Program-made: the position numbers and the translations under genes
DNA from: Myxococcota bacterium
Lineage (GTDB): Bacteria > Myxococcota > XYA12-FULL-58-9 > JABJBS01
Assembly: GCA_036339465.1 (NCBI GenBank)
Contig: JAYZAY010000024.1
Coordinates: 1 to 64,000, forward strand
Length of the DNA: 64,000 nucleotides
Reading direction: 5' to 3'
Shown here: in pieces, positions 60,852 to 64,000 of the stretch
Layout: each line of letters begins with the position of its first letter
How positions within the stretch are numbered: position 1 is the stretch's first letter
Notes under the pieces: generated by a model
What the model was told of the DNA's origin: nothing
The model's input: only the letters and a program-made list of their open reading frames with translations
Databases searched by the model: none

Positions 60852-63515
60852 ATGAACGAGAGTTTAGGTAAGCATTACGACGCTGCGGCGGCCTATGAAA
60901 AGTACTATGATGCCTGGGAAGCAGCGGGTTGTTTTAAAGGCAAACCACAACAGCCCGGCCCCACCTTTACCATGGTTATTCCACCTCCCAATGTCACCGG
61001 TTCCTTGCATATGGGTCACGCGCTGAATAACACCCTACAAGACATATTGGCCCGTTATCACCGTATGGATGGTTATAATACCGTGTGGATACCTGGGACG
61101 GATCACGCAAGTATCGCTGTGCATTGGGTCTTAGAGCGTGAATTTAAGAAAGAAGGAACCAACCGCTTTGATTTGGGACGAGACGAGTTTCTAAAGCGGG
61201 CCTGGGCGTTCAAAGAAGAAGCCGAAAACAATATTCTCACCCAACTCCGTGCCCTTGGCGTTTCTTGTGATTGGGAGCGAAAACGGTTCACCATGGATGA
61301 AGGCTTGTCTCGGGCGGTACGAGAGTGCTTTGTTCGGCTCTACGAAGATGGCCTGATTTATCGTGCGCAACGACTGGTTAACTGGGACCCCGTGGCCCAA
61401 ACCACCCTATCGGATCTTGAAGTTATCCACGAAGAGGGCGCCGACGGGGAACTTTGGTCTTTTGCGTATCCTTTGGCCGACGGCAGTGGTGAAATTGTCG
61501 TGGCGACAACTCGACCTGAAACGATGCTGGGCGATACTGCGGTGGCTGTTCACCCTGACGATGACCGTTACAAGAGCATCATTGGCAAAATGATAAAACA
61601 CCCTATCACCGGTCGCGAATTTCCTATTGTTGCAGATGCCATTTTGGTCGATCCTGAATTCGGAACCGGTGCGGTTAAGGTTACCCCGGCCCATGATCCC
61701 AATGACTTTGAGGTAGGGGTTCGGCACAAACTTCCGATGATCAATCTTCTCAATAAGGATGGGACCTTTAATGAGAATGGGGGGCCATTTGTGGGGCTTG
61801 ACCGATTCGAGGTCCGTAGGGCGGTGAAAGAAAAAATCGAGTCTTTAGGCCTGGACCGCGGTACGGAAGCTCACAAAATGAACATTGGCCGTTCGGAACG
61901 TTCTGGCACTGTGGTTGAACCCATGCTCTCGACCCAGTGGTTTGTGAAGGCAAAGCCCTTGGCTGCTCCGGCGCTGGCTGCGGTTGAAAATGGTTTTACG
62001 AAATTTGTGCCGACTCAATGGGAAAACACCTATTACGCCTGGCTTCGCGATATCCGCGACTGGTGTATTTCGCGGCAACTTTGGTGGGGGCACCAAGTAC
62101 CAGCATGGTACGACGACGAAGAAAATGTTTATGTTGGGCACTCCGAAGCTGATGTTCGCACGAAACACGCTTTGGGTGATGATATTAAACTTCGTCAAGA
62201 TCCCGATATCTTGGATACTTGGTTCAGTTCAGCCCTATGGCCGTTTTCTACCATGGGATGGCCAGATAAAACCCCAGAACTGGCGAGATGGTATCCGACC
62301 GCAACTTTGACCACTGGGTTTGATATTATCTTTTTCTGGGTTGCTCGGATGATGATGATGGGCCAATACCTTATGGGCTCAGTCCCATTTAAGGACGTGT
62401 ATATTCATGCTCTTATCCGGGATAAAAACGGGGACAAAATGAGTAAAACCAAGGGGAATGTGGTGAACCCCTTGGAAATGATCGATAAATACGGCTGTGA
62501 TGCGTTTCGTTTTACGCTTACAGCTTTTGCGGCTCAAGGTCGCGATATGCGCTGGGATGAGAACCGGGCGGAGGGATACAGCAAATTTGTCAACAAGATT
62601 TGGCAGGCGTTTCGTTTTACCATGTCTCATATTGGGGATGTCGAACCGTCGGAGCTCCAAAAGTTTCCGGCAGCCGAGACAGATAGCATGTATAATCGAT
62701 GGATTCGCCATAAGTTGCGTGAGGCTATATTGCAATATGGGACATCCATTAAGGAGTATCGCTTTAATGAAGCCGCCAATAGCATCTATCACTTTATTTG
62801 GGATGAGCTTTGCGATTGGTATCTCGAACTGGTGAAACCAGCCCTTTATGGGAAAGCCGAGCATGGTGAGGCTACTAAGTTGGGGGTCCAACAGACGCTC
62901 TATCTTGTGTTTCACTCTTTGGCACGGGCGCTACATCCGGTGATGCCATTTTTCACCGAAGAGCTTTGGGCACAACTCCCCGCCACCGAGGGCTACATCA
63001 TGAATGCGACGATGCCGAAGCCCGAGGATTTTGCATCTGAGCACGAGGCTGCAAAAGAAATTGATTTTCTGCAGTCTACCATTGTGGCGGTGCGACGGGT
63101 TCGGGCTGAGTTCGGTGTGCCTGTTAAGGAAAATGTGGAAGTATTGGTGCGAACCGATGCCAGTAGCTGGGAGACGATGGCCAGCCATTCTGTGGCCTTG
63201 AGCAATTTGGCCAAAGCCACAATGAAAGCACTAGACGGAGGGTCTGTGCCTGAGAAAAGTGCAACAGAGGTGGTCACGGATACGGAACTTTTCCTCCCCC
63301 TTGAGGGTCTGATCGACTTCGCCGCCGAAAAGGTAAGGCTCGAAAAGGACTTAAAGAAACTGGATAAGGAAATAAACGGCCTTCGGAAACAACTGGGCAA
63401 CCAAAAATTTCTAAATCGCGCTCCAAATGAAATTGTCGCCGACAAGAAGTCTCAGCTTTCCGATGCGGAAGGTCGGGAGACGCGTGTCAAAGCAGCGATT
63501 GAGCGTTTGAGCTAG
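60852..63515 (+). CDS. valS: Valine--tRNA ligase
   Basis: PPPNVTGSLHMGH, DWCISRQLWWGH, DTWFSS, KMSKT, C-terminal coiled coil. Confidence 0.98.
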   Translation: MNESLGKHYDAAAAYEKYYDAWEAAGCFKGKPQQPGPTFTMVIPPPNVTGSLHMGHALNNTLQDILARYHRMDGYNTVWIPGTDHASIAVHWVLEREFKKEGTNRFDLGRDEFLKRAWAFKEEAENNILTQLRALGVSCDWERKRFTMDEGLSRAVRECFVRLYEDGLIYRAQRLVNWDPVAQTTLSDLEVIHEEGADGELWSFAYPLADGSGEIVVATTRPETMLGDTAVAVHPDDDRYKSIIGKMIKHPITGREFPIVADAILVDPEFGTGAVKVTPAHDPNDFEVGVRHKLPMINLLNKDGTFNENGGPFVGLDRFEVRRAVKEKIESLGLDRGTEAHKMNIGRSERSGTVVEPMLSTQWFVKAKPLAAPALAAVENGFTKFVPTQWENTYYAWLRDIRDWCISRQLWWGHQVPAWYDDEENVYVGHSEADVRTKHALGDDIKLRQDPDILDTWFSSALWPFSTMGWPDKTPELARWYPTATLTTGFDIIFFWVARMMMMGQYLMGSVPFKDVYIHALIRDKNGDKMSKTKGNVVNPLEMIDKYGCDAFRFTLTAFAAQGRDMRWDENRAEGYSKFVNKIWQAFRFTMSHIGDVEPSELQKFPAAETDSMYNRWIRHKLREAILQYGTSIKEYRFNEAANSIYHFIWDELCDWYLELVKPALYGKAEHGEATKLGVQQTLYLVFHSLARALHPVMPFFTEELWAQLPATEGYIMNATMPKPEDFASEHEAAKEIDFLQSTIVAVRRVRAEFGVPVKENVEVLVRTDASSWETMASHSVALSNLAKATMKALDGGSVPEKSATEVVTDTELFLPLEGLIDFAAEKVRLEKDLKKLDKEINGLRKQLGNQKFLNRAPNEIVADKKSQLSDAEGRETRVKAAIERLS

Positions 63516-63670
63516 GTCGAAAGCCGGCCTTTTCAGCTTCCCAATATTTCAAAGGTCCAGTCGATAACCCCTTTGTCTTTTCCTCTTTGACCGCGTCTTA
63601 GAACCTTACTCCATGGTCGTGTTCTTAGAGGTTTCGCTTTTCGATGACTGCGTGCGTTCTTGGTGTGATA

Positions 63671-64000
63671 CTAGTGTTTCTTTCGGTTGGGTAGGATTGA
63701 GAGGACGGCAGGCAAGATGATTAAGCAAACAACGCCGTTGAAAACAACACCTGCGATGCATAAGCGCCCCATGCTTTCGAGTCCCCGATAATTTGCAATT
63801 GAAAGTGCGGTAAAGCCAAGCAATGAGGTGAGCAGTGATCCGAAGATTGCTTTGCCCGTATCTTCGAGTACCACGACCACGTCCCAAGACTCCTTGAGAC
63901 GAGACAAAAGGTGTATGCCACCATCCACGCTGATACCAAATACAGCCGTGATTAAAATGACATTCATGTAATTTAGCTCAATGAAGTTTGTGGCCAGAAA
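63671..64000 (-). CDS. MMPL/RND family transporter, C-terminal part; 5'-truncated by window edge
   Basis: FGISVDGGIH, TGKAIFGSLLTSLLGF, GLESMG, LPAVL; frame open to the window end. Confidence 0.85.
   Translation of the reverse strand, partial: FLATNFIELNYMNVILITAVFGISVDGGIHLLSRLKESWDVVVVLEDTGKAIFGSLLTSLLGFTALSIANYRGLESMGRLCIAGVVFNGVVCLIILPAVLSILPNRKKH

Overview
Bacterial chromosomal backbone, most likely from a Myxococcota/deltaproteobacterial lineage (inferred from a TIGR04552-like protein, a CdbA/CdbB-like ribbon-helix-helix protein, Cys-rich lipoproteins and the rpsT-mazG-HD-ybeY-prfB-lysS-lol-bamA order). It is mostly housekeeping genes: amidase (partial), glnD, rpsT, mazG, 7TM-HD phosphodiesterase, ybeY, prfB (programmed +1 frameshift), lysS, lolE/lolD, bamA, an inverted skp-lpxD-lpxA-lpxI-GnnA-like block, guaB/guaA, tRNA-Val(CAC), a SPOR protein, lepA/lepB, pyrR-pyrB-pyrC', pepN, ptrB, valS and a partial MMPL/RND transporter. 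I found no CRISPR array, rRNA, transposase, integrase or prophage gene. The + strand is visibly G/T-rich throughout, which suggests a single replichore. The best candidates for new biology are: (1) a stand-alone RelA/SpoT-synthetase-like protein with altered motifs next to glnD, rpsT and mazG; (2) a phased DnaA-box cluster between rpsT and mazG with no dnaA nearby and no visible skew switch; (3) an M1-peptidase-like (no HEXXH) passenger fused to an Omp85-like barrel at the end of the inverted lipid A block; (4) an LPP20/FlgT-N/FecR exported trio; (5) an actinobacterial-looking SCP2/CYP142-like P450/3Fe-4S ferredoxin module; (6) a catalytically dead PyrC'. All family calls come from motif recognition by eye; no database searches were run.
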